DNA of 60,000 nt, from contig OZ249436.1 in assembly GCA_965235115.1 (NCBI GenBank), positions 17,424,001 through 17,484,000 on the forward strand, read 5' to 3'. The DNA comes from Laetmonice hystrix (lineage: Eukaryota). Below, piece by piece: positions 24,020 to 35,830 of this stretch. Position 1 is the stretch's first letter. Every line of letters begins with the position of its first letter. Made by a program: the position numbers and the translations under genes. The notes under the pieces were generated by a model, which did no database searches, was not told the DNA's origin, and worked only from the letters and a program-made list of their open reading frames with translations.

Positions 24020-25010
24020 GGGGGAGGTGTGGGGTAGAATGGGGGCAGGTGTGGGGTAGAATGGGGGAGAGGTGTGGGGTAGAATGGGGGAGAGGTGTGG
24101 GGTAGAATGGGGACAGGTGTGGGGTAGAATGGGGGAGAGGTGTGGGGTAGAATGGGGGAGAGGTGTGGGGTAGAATGGGGGCAGGTGTGGGGTAGAATGG
24201 GGGACAGGTGTGGGGTGGAAAGGGGACAGGTGTGGGGTAGAATGGGGGACAGGTGTGGGGTAGAATGGGGGACAGGTGTGGGGTAGAATGGGGCAGGTGT
24301 GGGGTAGAATGGGGGACAGGTGTGGGGTGGAAATGGGACAGGTGTGGGGTAGAATGGGGGGCAGGTGTGGGGTAGAATTGGGGACAGGTGTGGGGTAGAA
24401 TGGGGGACAGGTGTGGGGTAGAATGGGGGACAGGTGTGGGGTAGAATGGGGGACAGGCGAGGGGTGGAATGGGGGGCAGGTGTGGGGTGGAATGGGGGGG
24501 CAGGTGTGGGGTGGAATGGGGGGCAGGTGTGGGGTGAAAGGGGGACAGGTGTGGGGTGGAATGGGGGGGCAGGTGTGGGGTAGAATGGGGGACAGGCGAG
24601 GGGTGGAATGGGGGGCAGGTGTGGGGTAGAATGGGGGGCAGGTGTGGGGTAGAATGGGGGACAGGTGTGGGGTAGAATGGGGGAGAGGTGTGGGGTAGAA
24701 TGGGGGAGAGGTGTGGGGTGGAAAGGGGACAGGTGTGGGGTAGAATGGGGGCAGGTGTGGGGTAGAATGGGGGACAGGTGTGGGGTGGGAAGGGGACAGG
24801 TGTGGGGTGGAAAGGGGACAGGTGTGGGGTAGAATGGGGGAGGTAGAATGGGGGACAGGGGTGGGGTGGAAAGGGGGCAGGTGTGGGGTGGAATGGGGGG
24901 CAGGTGTGGGGTAGAATGGGGGACAGGCGTGGGGTAGAATGGGGGACAGGCGAGGGGTGGAAAGGGGACAGGTGTGGGGTAGAATGGGAGGTAGGTGTTA
25001 GGTAGAATGG
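24020..25010. repeat. G-rich minisatellite, ~23-bp unit, ~43 copies
   Basis: GGTGTGGGGTAGAATGGGGGACA with variable G-run length. Confidence 0.96.
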
Positions 25011-25264
25011 GGGACGTGGTCAGGTAAAACACGGCTTGCTTTATCTAAAGGCGGGTGTTACAATGGCTGCAAACAATGCAAATACGGTGTTTCTCGTTTT
25101 CGGACACCCTGACCTTGGATCTGTCACTTTCTAAACGATGTTCGGTTGTGTACGAGTCACACCGTCTCTTGTTGAATTAGTCATTGAAGATGAAATTCGC
25201 CGCTGGGCGAGTTTTGTGAATGACAATGAGTGAATGAATTCTCACCAATCGGCGTCTTCTGCAG

Positions 25265-25288
25265 CAGGTCGTGTGGACGCCGGCCAAG
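25265..25288 (+). CDS. Candidate microexon, 24 nt (or 21 nt via NAGNAG): (Q)VVWTPAK in phase 0
   Basis: Branch-like TTCTCAC, acceptor gtcttctgcAG-CAG, donor AAG|GTGAGT; both lengths preserve frame. Confidence 0.45.
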
Positions 25289-25589
25289 GTGAGTGCCGTG
25301 TCTGTGGCCAGGGTGGGAGTGGGGTGAGTGAGAGGGGTGGGGTGATGGGGGGGGGGTGACATGGACGAGCCGGTGTTCTACTAATTGTTAAACACCCCAG
25401 ACACAGGTAGTCCGGGTACAAAGGGAGGCTGACTGAACATACACATGTACATGTACATGTAGGGCTACATATACAAATGAGGCTTGCCATAAATGATTTA
25501 AGAGACAGGATTTTTTCCCGGGGGAGATAAAAAAGAAGTGGATCCCAGTGGCTCCCAGGGAGGGCGTAAGTAGCTGTTCTCCCCTCCTT

Positions 25590-25785
25590 CCCGTGCAGGC
25601 TCTCCCCGCACTCCCGTGCAGGATCTCCCCGTCCTCCGGTGCAGGATCTCCCCGCCCTCCCGTGCAGGTTATCCCCGCCCTGCCGTGCAAGCTCTCCTCG
25701 CCTGTCCGTGCAGGTTCTCCCCGCCCTCCCGTGCAGGCTCTCCCCGCCCTCCCGTGCAGGTTCTCCCCGTCTCCCGTGCAGGCTC
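25590..25785. repeat. Minisatellite, ~23-bp unit, ~8 copies
   Basis: CCCGTGCAGGCTCTCCCCGCCCT repeated. Confidence 0.9.
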
Positions 25786-25944
25786 TGAATGTACTGATAT
25801 ATACCACGACCAGGATGGATGACATCATGTTATTTGCAAGGATCTCCAACTCGGCACCTGGCACGAGAGGCATTTCCGTGTTTACTATTGGTCCAGGAAG
25901 GACTAATTCTATAATTATAGACCTTCATGAGTCCTGGGTCATGT

Positions 25945-26060
25945 CTGGGCCATGTCTGGGCCATATCGAGTCCCCGGGCCTGGGCCATATCGAGTCCCCG
26001 GGCCTGGCCCATGTCGAGTCGCGGGGCCTGGGCCAAGTCGAGTCCCCGGGCCTGGGCCAT
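25945..26060. repeat. Minisatellite, 24-bp unit, ~4.5 copies
   Basis: CTGGGCCATATCGAGTCCCCGGGC repeated. Confidence 0.88.
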
Positions 26061-26076
26061 GTTGTAGGCCGTGTTT

Positions 26077-26253
26077 TAGGCTGTCGACCTGCCGTGTTGT
26101 AGGCTGTCGACCTGCCGTGTTGTAGGCTGTCAACCTGCCGTGTTGTAGCCTATAGGCTGTCGACCTGCCGTGTTGTAGGCTGTCGACCTGCCGTGTTGTA
26201 GGCTGTCGACCTGCCGTGTTGTAGGCTGTCGACCTGCCGTGTTGTAGGCTGTC
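26077..26253. repeat. Minisatellite, 23-bp unit, ~7.5 copies
   Basis: AGGCTGTCGACCTGCCGTGTTGT repeated. Confidence 0.93.
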
Positions 26254-27596
26254 AGTTCGAATACGGCCAAACTTGGAGATAATAAAAACATATTGACCTG
26301 TGTTTCTGAGGTCGGTCATGCTTGACGAGGGCGCCTCGTTTGACCGGTCACCGTTCGGATCTCCTCGACCACCTGGGGGCCAGTCGGTCTAGGACGTAGA
26401 AAAGCTTCAGGTCAACTTTCTCCCCGAAAGGGAAATGTCCGGAGGGATTATTTGACAAAGGGCTAGGGGTGATCAATAGGTCAACGTCAACTACTGATGT
26501 TTCTCTTACGGAAAGTCGAGGGGTACGGACAGTGGAGGGATACGGAAAGTGGTGGGATTAAAAAGAAAAGAATGATATAGCCTACAGTGCATTATACAGT
26601 CGGTCAACATCATTGTTTCAAACTGATAAATTGTTAAGTGGTGGGATTTGTTGGTAAGCCTCGGCTGGAGGTCGGATTATGTTATATTGATGGGCAAGGC
26701 ATGTTTTCAGACTTCAGCTTCGTCAAAGAGACATAAAGGCCAAGGGCCAGGTGACCTTGTAAGGTGACCTCTGACCCCTGACCTTGTAGGTCATGACCCG
26801 GACAAATGTAAACCTCAGACGTACTGATCCCAAGGGATAGGAGCCAGCCAAACTAGGCCAGGGTCAAGGACACTGGAGAGGATCAGGTCACCACGAGACT
26901 GGAAGTCAAGTGGACTACTCTAATAAACCCTTCAGTGGTCGCAGACCCTGGAACATCGTGGGAACGAAGACATGATGAGATTATGTCGGTATTTGACATG
27001 ACATGGCTCCTTGGGAAACCCGTGGAGGGGATAACGTGTCTATCTACAAACGGCACAGGAGCTGAGCTACTCGACGCTTGGGGGCGCTTCGGCCTTGTCA
27101 GCGAACACCGGGAATTGTCGGGAATTATCGGGAAATGTCGGGCATTATCGGGAAGTGTGGGGCAGTGTCAGGAAATGGACCACTTTCCTTTTTTTCTGCG
27201 GGGTGTTTTTAAGGGAATACCGGGGTGTATCTCCCCCCGGGGGGAGGTTTACAGTTGTTATGTAGGGGGCGCTGCGTAGCCCAAAAGTGGCGGGCAGAGT
27301 GAAACTAATCATATACTTTCTTTCACACGGAAGAGTTTACAAATATGAACGGAAGGGGGAGGCGGAGATCGAGAACCAGAGATAAAGAAAAGTAGCCTAC
27401 TTCTGTCAGGGAGAGGGGAAACTGCCTATATTTTAAACTAGAATATTGCATGCTTGTTTCATATAGGAAAATCTCGTAATTTTTTTTCATGTCGGAGTAT
27501 TTCGGTCCGTACCTTTCGACCGGGGGGATTTTTCTTTGACCTTAAGCTTTCCAAGGACGCCGAGTTTGTAAACGTCATGTCGGAGGTCTCCCAGTC

Positions 27597-27617
27597 TGTC
27601 CACCAGATGGCGCCCTC
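27597..27617 (+). promoter_or_regulatory. Strong CTCF-like motif
   Basis: TGTCCACCAGATGGCGCCCTC; similar sites at ~11420 (- strand), ~29498, ~36412, ~36870 and ~38461. Confidence 0.5.
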
Positions 27618-29247
27618 AGTGTGCAGACATACACATGTAGGCCTAGACCTACATGTATCTAGAGTACGTACATGACTGACACAACCTGCTCCCTGGTGGC
27701 GGACTGAGGTACTAATCCTGATTCCAGGTGGGTTTCCCATCTCCGTGCAGGTGGGAATGTGTACCCCACCCAGCCCGCCCTGTCGGGTGAGGTCGGTCGG
27801 GAAGCGGGCGTGGTAATATTGTGTGGGCGCGAAGTGGGAATGTCGAAAGGTCAAGCATGTGGGTGGGGGTTTACTATCGGTGAATCTCAGGCCGACAGAG
27901 TGGGTGGAGTGCCTGGTATAACAACCTTTATAATCCCACCCAACTCCTCACCCTAATCTAACCCTTAACCCACGCCCCACTCCACCCTGCACTCAGATCC
28001 TCGTCCCCTTCCCGAAGTTAAGTGTCCTTCCCGACTTTCATGCATCAAATGGGACTCGTTTCCCTGTAGTAAATACATAGCGAGTAACACCCGTTGTAGG
28101 CTACATAGCAATGCCTAGAATCGCCACAATAGTTCACTGTAATGCGTAGAGGTCCTTACAGTACACTGAGTTTAAGATCACCTCACGTGACCCCCAAATT
28201 AAGATATCCAGTGATCCAGTGATATCCAATGGTCAAAGGTACCTTAACTTGTAACCTGTAACCCAGTCTAAGTCTCCCCGAGGGGGGTGAGGGTAGAGGA
28301 GTGCATCCTTTTTGCGTGTCGCCATTTCTCGTTCCACCCCCACCCCCCACCTCCTACCCAAGATCCTGCTCTGGATGACCTTTTGACCCGGATGTTAATT
28401 AGTTTTTCTCTGACCTCAAGGTCAGCCGTCATGGAACCACAGAATCCTGTCGTGGCGACTCACAGACGACGCGGAATACGAGACTATAAAAATGTCGGAG
28501 TCCATTAAAAGCTCTCTTTTTTTTCTTTATTATAGATTTTAAAATTTAATATAAAACCCTTCAGTTTTTTTGTATATATCATTTCATTGGCAGCCATAAT
28601 GAAGCTGTCAGCGACGGTTACGTTTTTGATGCCTTAAAATGTGTAAAAAAAAATGCACGCCATATGTTAAAGTCGAGAAAAGGGGTTTTATGTTTCCCAG
28701 AAGAAAATTGCCCCCACCCGCGAGTACCACAGAGGCCGCTCAGAAGGAGGGAGGGAGGGAGGAGGCGAGGAAGATGGCGATCATATTGAAATGATGATGA
28801 AAGTTTACACTGCGTGCTGAGGGGGAGATTGTCTCCAGACTTCTAGAAGTGGGTTGTTCTTGTGAAACGGGAGAACGATTTCATGACTTCCACATTGAAA
28901 CCCACAGCTTTATCACAGCAAAAACAGCAGCCACGGCCACGGCAAAACTAGCAGCCACAGTCACAGCCACAACCGCCGTACACAGCCACATCAAGAACAG
29001 TAAAGGTTGAAGATGAACGGGGGCGGGTGGTGAAACAATGAAATATTATACATCACGCCCCCATCATTCTGTGAGGGGCGCTATCCTCCTCCTGAAATTA
29101 CCAGTCGGGGTGGGGCTGGGGTCACCGTAAATCCTCTAAGGGGGCCAATGATCATTTACAAGCGTCCCCTGATCATTTATAAGCGTCACCTTATTTGGCA
29201 GAGCTATTGGTTTGCTGATACCTGTATTTGTTTGTGGTAGGAATGCA

Positions 29248-29435
29248 GGTACCCGGACATGTCCGGGTGTTTACTTGAAGGTAAATACCTGTCCGGTACC
29301 CGGACGTGTCCGGGTGTTTACTTGAAGGTAAATACCTGTCCGGTACCCGGACGTGTCCGGGTGTTTACTTGAAGGTAAATACCTGTCCGGTACCCGGACG
29401 TGTCCGGGTGTTTACTTGAAGGTAAATACCTGTCC
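29248..29435. repeat. Minisatellite, 47-bp unit, 4 copies, composed of two palindromes
   Basis: Starts at 29248, 29295, 29342, 29389; ACCCGGAC(A/G)TGTCCGGGT and GGTGTTTAC-TTGAAG-GTAAATACC. Confidence 0.95.
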
Positions 29436-29934
29436 ACCAGATATTTACGATACCTTCAGGTGAGAGGTGAACCTGAGATTACCTGGTTCACCTTTACCTC
29501 ACCAGGTGGCGCTGTCATATTTTCTAATCTTGTTATTCAGTCTGAGATGTCAGAGAGTGGTATGTGGCGTTACCCCACCCAGGGGTGTAATTGGTCCGTA
29601 CCCCCTCCAAGGGGTGTAATACACCGATAAAACCAAGCGGAGGGTATCAGCTGGTCATGTTGGATTGGTTTGGGAGGTGTACCACGTGTAAAATACGGCG
29701 ACCCCGCTCGACCCGAGTAGTGAGGGCATAGGAAGGGGTGTGGTGTGGTGAGGGGTTAGGAAGGGGGTGGGGTTGATCTAGGGAGAGGATGGCAGGCAGG
29801 GAAGGGCAGCGTGAAGATACAGCCTCCTATAACCAGCCTCAACACCGGTGCTTACAGTATAAAAGGAACCCCGGGGACTTTATACGTGGTCCCCGAATCT
29901 CCGAATTGTAAAGCTACTGTTATAATCTTCCTTG

Positions 29935-30460
29935 GTTTGTGGTACAGAAGATATCCCAGAATGTTGGCAGTGATATATGTTTGGTACAGAAGGTATCCCA
30001 GGATGTTAGCAGTGACCCACACGTTTGGTACAGAAGATGCCCCAGAATGTTAGCAGTGTCCCATACGTTTAGTACAGAAGGCATCACAGGATGTTAGCTG
30101 CAGTGTCCCATACGTTTGGTACAGAAGATGTCCCAGAATGTTGGCAGTGATATATGTTTGGTACAGAAGGTATCCCAGGATGTTAGCAGTGACCCACACG
30201 TTTGGTACAGAAGATGCCCCAGAATGTTAGCAGTGTCCCATACGTTTAGTACAGAAGGCATCACATGATGTTAGCTGCAGTGTCCCATACGTTTGGTACA
30301 GAAGATGTCCCAGAATGTTGGCAGTGTATGTTTGGTACAGAAGGCATCCCAGGATGTTAGCAGTGACCCACACGTTTGGTACAGAAGATGCCCCAGAATG
30401 TTAGCAGTGTCCCATACGTTTGGTACAGCAGATGTCCCAGAATGTTGGCAGTGTCCCACC
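29935..30460. repeat. Minisatellite with a 177-bp higher-order repeat (42+44+44+47 bp monomers)
   Basis: Monomer starts at 29941, 29983, 30027, 30071, 30118; the same variant order recurs at 30118 and, partially, at 30295. Confidence 0.94.
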
Positions 30461-31081
30461 CAGAATCCCACTATAATCAGCGCCATGGTGGTCTTTATGA
30501 GTCCTTATACCAGAGATATCCAGTTGCAAGATGCTGTACTTGACTCTCCTGACTCAGTACACGGTTTATCCCACTGACATCCTCGTCATTTATTCATCAT
30601 GTACGGTCCAAGCCCTCCCCCCATATCTATCGACTCGGCCCAGACTAAGGTTCGCACTGTTTGCTCGTATTTTGACAGGCTCGTTCTACACTGGGAGCTT
30701 CCTGTTCTGATGAGTGACCAGCGACCGAAAGTGACCTTGAAAAGTGCATTTCCAGAGTTTTCACCGTCCATCCTAGAAATCCTAGAATGTCCTGAAATTT
30801 TAGAACAAAACCTAAAAATACTAGAAATTTAGAAACATTCCACGGAAGTCATGAAAAGGGGATAAAAAATAAAGATCCTGCGGAGAATATTTTTCCTTCT
30901 AAAACCATACCGTGCCATGAAAGGTGACCTTTGGGTTGTTCAGTGGTCCTTGAAAACGTCAGATGAGGGTCCTCGGACAGTCCTTGAATGTGATCACGAC
31001 TCGGTCAGTTCCACATTGTAAGTTGGGAGTAACGGTTTATAGAAAATGTTTCTGTGTCACCCCGGGGGTTATTGTCCCTGG

Positions 31082-31559
31082 TTACCATGGTTCCTGGCCG
31101 AGTGCCCCCCCTCCCTCAATCACTCTGACCGGCCGACCCTCAAGTTGAGTTGTAGACGGTGAGTGGTGCCCCTTGGCGGTCGGTGAAGTGAATCCCTGGT
31201 GAGAGTCCAGGGGACCTGTGGGGACCTGTGGTGGTGGTGGTTGTGGGGTTCGACCCCAGCCGGTACGATGAAGCACCACTTCAGGGAAAGTGGAGTGTGT
31301 GGTGGGTGAGGGTCAGCGCCGACCTCAGAGAAGGCAGGGACGTGGACCCCCACTTACCTGGCATGACGTCCTTTTGAAGTTTGGCCATCAGGTGAAGAGG
31401 TACATAATGATTGAGGGATTGAGGACCAAGGTCGGGCGGGGGAGACTCCGGAGAGAGGGGGTATGCCCCTGTGTCAGGGGTTCTGAACCGACTATCGGCT
31501 GCTGTTGTCGGTTGGTGTATGACTTGGGTCGCCCATTGAGTGGGGTAATTTGGAATCAT
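31082..31559 (-). CDS. Candidate two-exon antisense ORF (31559-31358 + 31278-31082, ~132 aa, Pro/Thr/Gln-rich)
   Basis: Consensus donor CAG|GTAAGTG, 79-nt intron with GCTGAC branch-like site and ctttccctgaAG acceptor; splicing joins two ORFs of the track in frame. No recognisable domain. Confidence 0.3.
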
Positions 31560-31809
31560 GACAGGTGATCACACACGTCTTGAGACGGCCCCCACTGTGT
31601 CCATTCACACAGTGAGCACACACTTCTTGAGACGCCCCCCACGGTGATCATTGACACCCAGGTGCGAACCTGATCCTCGGCAATACCTGGACATACAATC
31701 AGACATGGATAATTGAAGGACTCAGAATAGATCCCCGCTCATGGGATGAGTTTTGTACAAGTCATGAAAAAAGTCCCGACTTGAGATTAGTGCATATGTG
31801 AGCGACACC

Positions 31810-33430
31810 GGAGTATATCCGTGGGCGTCAGGTTTACCTGTGGGGACAGGTAGGGTTACACCTGTGGGGGTTAGGGGTGTACCACACCTGTAGGTGGTTA
31901 GTGAGAGACACCTGAGTTTATCCGTGGGTGTCAGGTGAGGTTTACCTGTGGGGACAGGTAGGGTTACACCTGTGGGGGTTGGGGTGTACCACACCTGTAG
32001 GTGGTTAGTGAGGGACACCTGAGTGTATCCGTGGGTGTCAGGTGAGGTTTACCTGTGGGGACAGGTAGGGTTACACCGGAGGTTGGGGGTGTACCACACC
32101 TGTAGGTGGTTAGTGAGAGACACCTGAGTGTATCCGTGGGTGTCAGGTGAGATTTACCTGTGGGGACAGGTAGGGTTACACCTGTGGGGGTTGGGGGTGT
32201 ACCACACCTGTAGGTGGTTAGTGAGAGACACCTGAGTGTATCCGTGGGTGTTAGGTTTACCTGTGGGGACAGGTAGGGTTACACCTGTGGGGGTTGGGGG
32301 TGTACCACACCTGTAGGTGGTTAGTGAGAGACACCTGAGTGTATCCGTGGGTGTTAGGTGAGATTTACCTGTGGGGACAGGTAGGGTTACACCTGTGGGG
32401 GTTGGGGGTGTACCACACCTGTAGGTGGTTAGTGAGGGACACCTGAGTGTATCCGTGGGTGTCAGGTGAGGTTTACCTGTGGGGACAGGTAGGGTTACAC
32501 CTGTGGGGGTTGGGGGTGTACCACACCTGTAGGTGATTAGTGAGAGACACCTGAGTGTATCCGTGGGTGTCAGGTGAGGTTTACCTGTGGGGACAGGTAG
32601 GGTTACACCTGTGGGGGTTGCGGGTGTACCACACCTGTAGGTGGTTAGTGAGAGACACCTGAGTGTATCCGTGGGTGTCAGGTGAGGTTTACCTGTGGGG
32701 ACAGGTAGGGTTACACTTGTGGGGGTTGCGGGTGTACCACACCTGTAGGTGGTTAGTGAGAGACACCTGAGTTTATCCGTGGGTGTCAGGTGAGGTTTAC
32801 CTGTGGGGACAGGTAGGGTTACACCTGTGGGGGTTGGGGGTGTACCACACCTGTAGGTGGTTAGTGAGGGACACCTGAGTGTATCTGTGGGTGTTAGGTG
32901 AGATTTACCTGTGGGAAGAGGTAGGGTTACACCTGTGGGGGTTGGGGGTGTACCACACCTGTAGGTGATTAGTGAGAGACACCTGAGTGTATCCGTGGGT
33001 GTCAGGTGAGGTTTACCTGTGGGGACAGGTAGGGTTACACCTGTGGGGGTTGGGGGTGTACCACACCTGTAGGTGGTTAGTGAGAGACACCTGAGTGTAT
33101 CCGTGGGTGTTAGGTGAGGTTTACCTGTGGGGACAGGTAGGGTTACACCTGTGGGGGTTGGGGTGTACCACACCTGTAGGTGGTTAGTGAGAGACACCTG
33201 AGTGTATCCGTGGGTGTCAGGTGAGGTTTACCTGTGGGGACAGGTAGGGTTACACCTGTGGGGGTTGCGGGTGTACCACACCTGTAGGTGGTTAGTGAGA
33301 GACACCTGAGTGTATCCGTGGGTGTCCGGTGAGGTTTACCTGTGGGGACAGGTAGGGTTACACCTGTGGGGGTTGGGGGTGTACCACACCTGTAGGTGGT
33401 TAGTGAGAGACACCTGAGTGTATCCGTGGG
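31810..33430. repeat. Minisatellite, 108-bp unit, ~15 copies
   Basis: Period 108 (32401/32509), matching the 36-aa repeat in the spurious - strand ORF. Confidence 0.97.
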
Positions 33431-33884
33431 ACCAGAGTAAGGTCGAGGTTTCTAGGTCAGAATGCCGCGCTCGTCCAATCAACGCCGATGATCGTTTTCT
33501 ATCACGGTCACCGTGTTCGTGTAAGGGTCTGGTGATCGAGACTAGCTCTCACAGCACATTGTATAATTACCGAGTGCAAACATTGTGTTATTGTTATGCA
33601 CATGTTTACATTAGAAGGTTCAGCTGGAGGCCCAGAATGCCAATCCTTTGATAGACTGCCCTCTGATTCGGGAGTCTTCTAGGAAGGAATTCCTACTCTA
33701 TGAGTTAACGCATCAACAAGATTTCTGGTACATCCTGGTAGAATACATTAAACGTCCTGCCAGCCGAACGTCGGCCGATGACTGCCAGATTAGTCCTCAC
33801 TCTACTCCCATTGATATATCTATGTATCCATGTTTTAGATGTGATGTATAGAATTCCACGAAATGAGGGGTTATATAGGGGGCG

Positions 33885-34330
33885 GGTAGCGGTTAGGGGG
33901 TAGGGTGATGGTTGGGGGTTAGGGTGAGAGGTAGGGGGAAGGGGGAAGGGGGAAGGGTGGAGGCTAGGGTGATGTAGGGGTTAGGGTGAGGGTAGGGGTT
34001 AGGGTAGGGGTGAGGGGTAGTGTGGGGAGTAGGGTTTAGGGTAAGGGTGAGGAGTAGGGGGTAGAGTAGGGGTAAGTGTGAGGGGTAGGGTGGGAAGTAG
34101 AGGTTAGGGTAGGGGTGAGGGGTAGGGGTTAGGGTGAGGGGTAAGGGTGAGGAGTAGGGGGTAGGGTGAGGGGTAGGGGGTAGGGTGAGGGTGGAGTAGG
34201 GGTGAGGGTAGGGCTTAGGGCGAGGGGTAGGGGTTGGGGTGGTGTAGGGGTGAGGGTAGGAGTAGGAACAGGGATAGTTTTTTTGAGAGGGGAGGCCTGT
34301 AAACGGGTAAGGTATAAGGGTTGGGGTCAG
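33885..34330. repeat. Degenerate G-rich hexamer tract (GGGGTA/GGGTGA/GGGTTA)
   Basis: Visible low-complexity tract with scattered TTAGGG. Confidence 0.9.
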
Positions 34331-34464
34331 GAATCGACCGCCGATCAGTATGGACTGTCCCGCTTGGAAGAAAAGGGTTAAAAAGAGTGAATATATATGC
34401 AAATTAAGCCTGTCGGTATAGGACTGAATGTATTCACTGGTGTCAGTATGACGGCTCCTTCAAA

Positions 34465-35830
34465 GATGTTGGGAGCAAGGGGTGAGGTTTTGATGTTGGG
34501 AGCGTGTGTCTGAACACGACGGTCCGTGGTAGGTGGGGTGAGGTTTTGATGTTGGTGCCGTGTGTCTGAACACGACGGTCCGTGTTGGGTGGGGTGAGGT
34601 TTTGATGTTGGGATGGTGTGTCTCAACACGACGGTCCGTGGTAGGTGGGGTGAGGTTTTGATGTTGGGATGGTGTGTCTCAACACGACGGTCCGTGGTGG
34701 GTGGGGTGAGGTTTGGATGTTGGTGCCGTGTGTCTCAACACGAAGGTCCGTGTCGGGTGGGGTGAGGTTGTGATGTTGGGATCGTGTGTCTGAACACGAA
34801 GGTCCGTGGTGGATGGGGTGAGGTTGTGATGTTGGGAGCGTGTGTCTGAACACGACGGTCCGTGGTAGGTGGGGTGAGGTTGTGATGTTGGGAGCGTTTG
34901 TCTGAACACGACGGTCCGTGTTGGGTGGGGTGAGGTTTTGATGTTGGGGCCGTGTGTCTGAACACGACGGTCCGTTGGGTGGGGTGAGGTTTTGATGTTG
35001 GGAGCGTGTGTCTGAACACGACGGTCTGTGGTGGGTGGGGTGAGGTTGTGATGTTGGGGCCGTGTGTCTGAACACGGCAGTCCGTGGTGGGTGGGGTGAG
35101 GTTTTGATGTTGGGGCCGTGTGTCTGAACACGACGGTCCGTTGGGTGGGGTGAGGTTTTGATGTTGGGAGCGTGTGTCTGAACACGACGGTCTGTGGTGG
35201 GTGGGGTGAGGTTGTGATGTTGGGGCCGTGTGTCTGAACACGGCAGTCCGTGGTGGGTGGGGTGAGGTTTTGATGTTGGTGCCGTGTGTCTGAACACGAC
35301 GGTCCGTGTTGGGTGGGGTGAGGTTGTGATGTTGGGAGCGTGTGTCTGAACACGACGGTCCGTGTCGGGTGGGGTGAGGTTTTGATGTTGGGATAATGTG
35401 TCTGAACACGAAGGTCCGTGGTGGGTGGGGTGAGGTTTGGATGTTGGGGCCGTGTGTCTGAACACGAAGGTCTGTGGCGGGTGGGGTGAGGTTTTGATGT
35501 TGGGAGCGTGTGTCTGAACACGACGGTCTGTGGTGGGTGGGGTGAGGTTTGGATGTTGGGATGGTGTGTCTCAACACGACGGTCCGTGTTGGGTGGGGTG
35601 AGGTTTGGATGTTGGGGCCTGTCTGAACACGGCAGTCCGTGGTGGGTGGGGTGAGGTTTTGATGTTGGGAGCGTGTGTCTGAACACGGCAGTCCGTGGTG
35701 GGTGGGGTGAGGTTTGGATGTTGGGGCCGTGTGTCTGAACACGACGGTCCGTGTCGGGTGGGGTGAGGTTTTGATGTTGGGATCGTGTGTCTGAACACGA
35801 CGGTCCGTGTCGGGTGGGGTGAGGTTGTCA
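34465..35830. repeat. Minisatellite, 56-bp unit, ~24 copies
   Basis: GGGTGAGGTTTTGATGTTGGGAGCGTGTGTCTGAACACGACGGTCCGTGGTGGGTG; ORF ends offset by 56 (34623, 34679, 34735). Confidence 0.97.

Noticed and set aside
23932..25032. 366-aa Pro/His-rich ORF, and other long ORFs at 16785, 32154, 33893, 34623-35742, 46228 and 59330
   Set aside because: They lie within tandem repeats, are often open in several frames or strands, and units are frequently not multiples of 3; these are stop-free repeat artefacts.
31352..31363. U1 snRNA gene (ACTTACCTGGCA matches the U1 5' end)
   Set aside because: The match stops after 12 nt; better explained as a consensus splice donor on the - strand.
33885..34330. Telomere or interstitial (TTAGGG)n array
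   Set aside because: Only scattered TTAGGG among GGGGTA/GGGTGA hexamers; no sustained perfect run.
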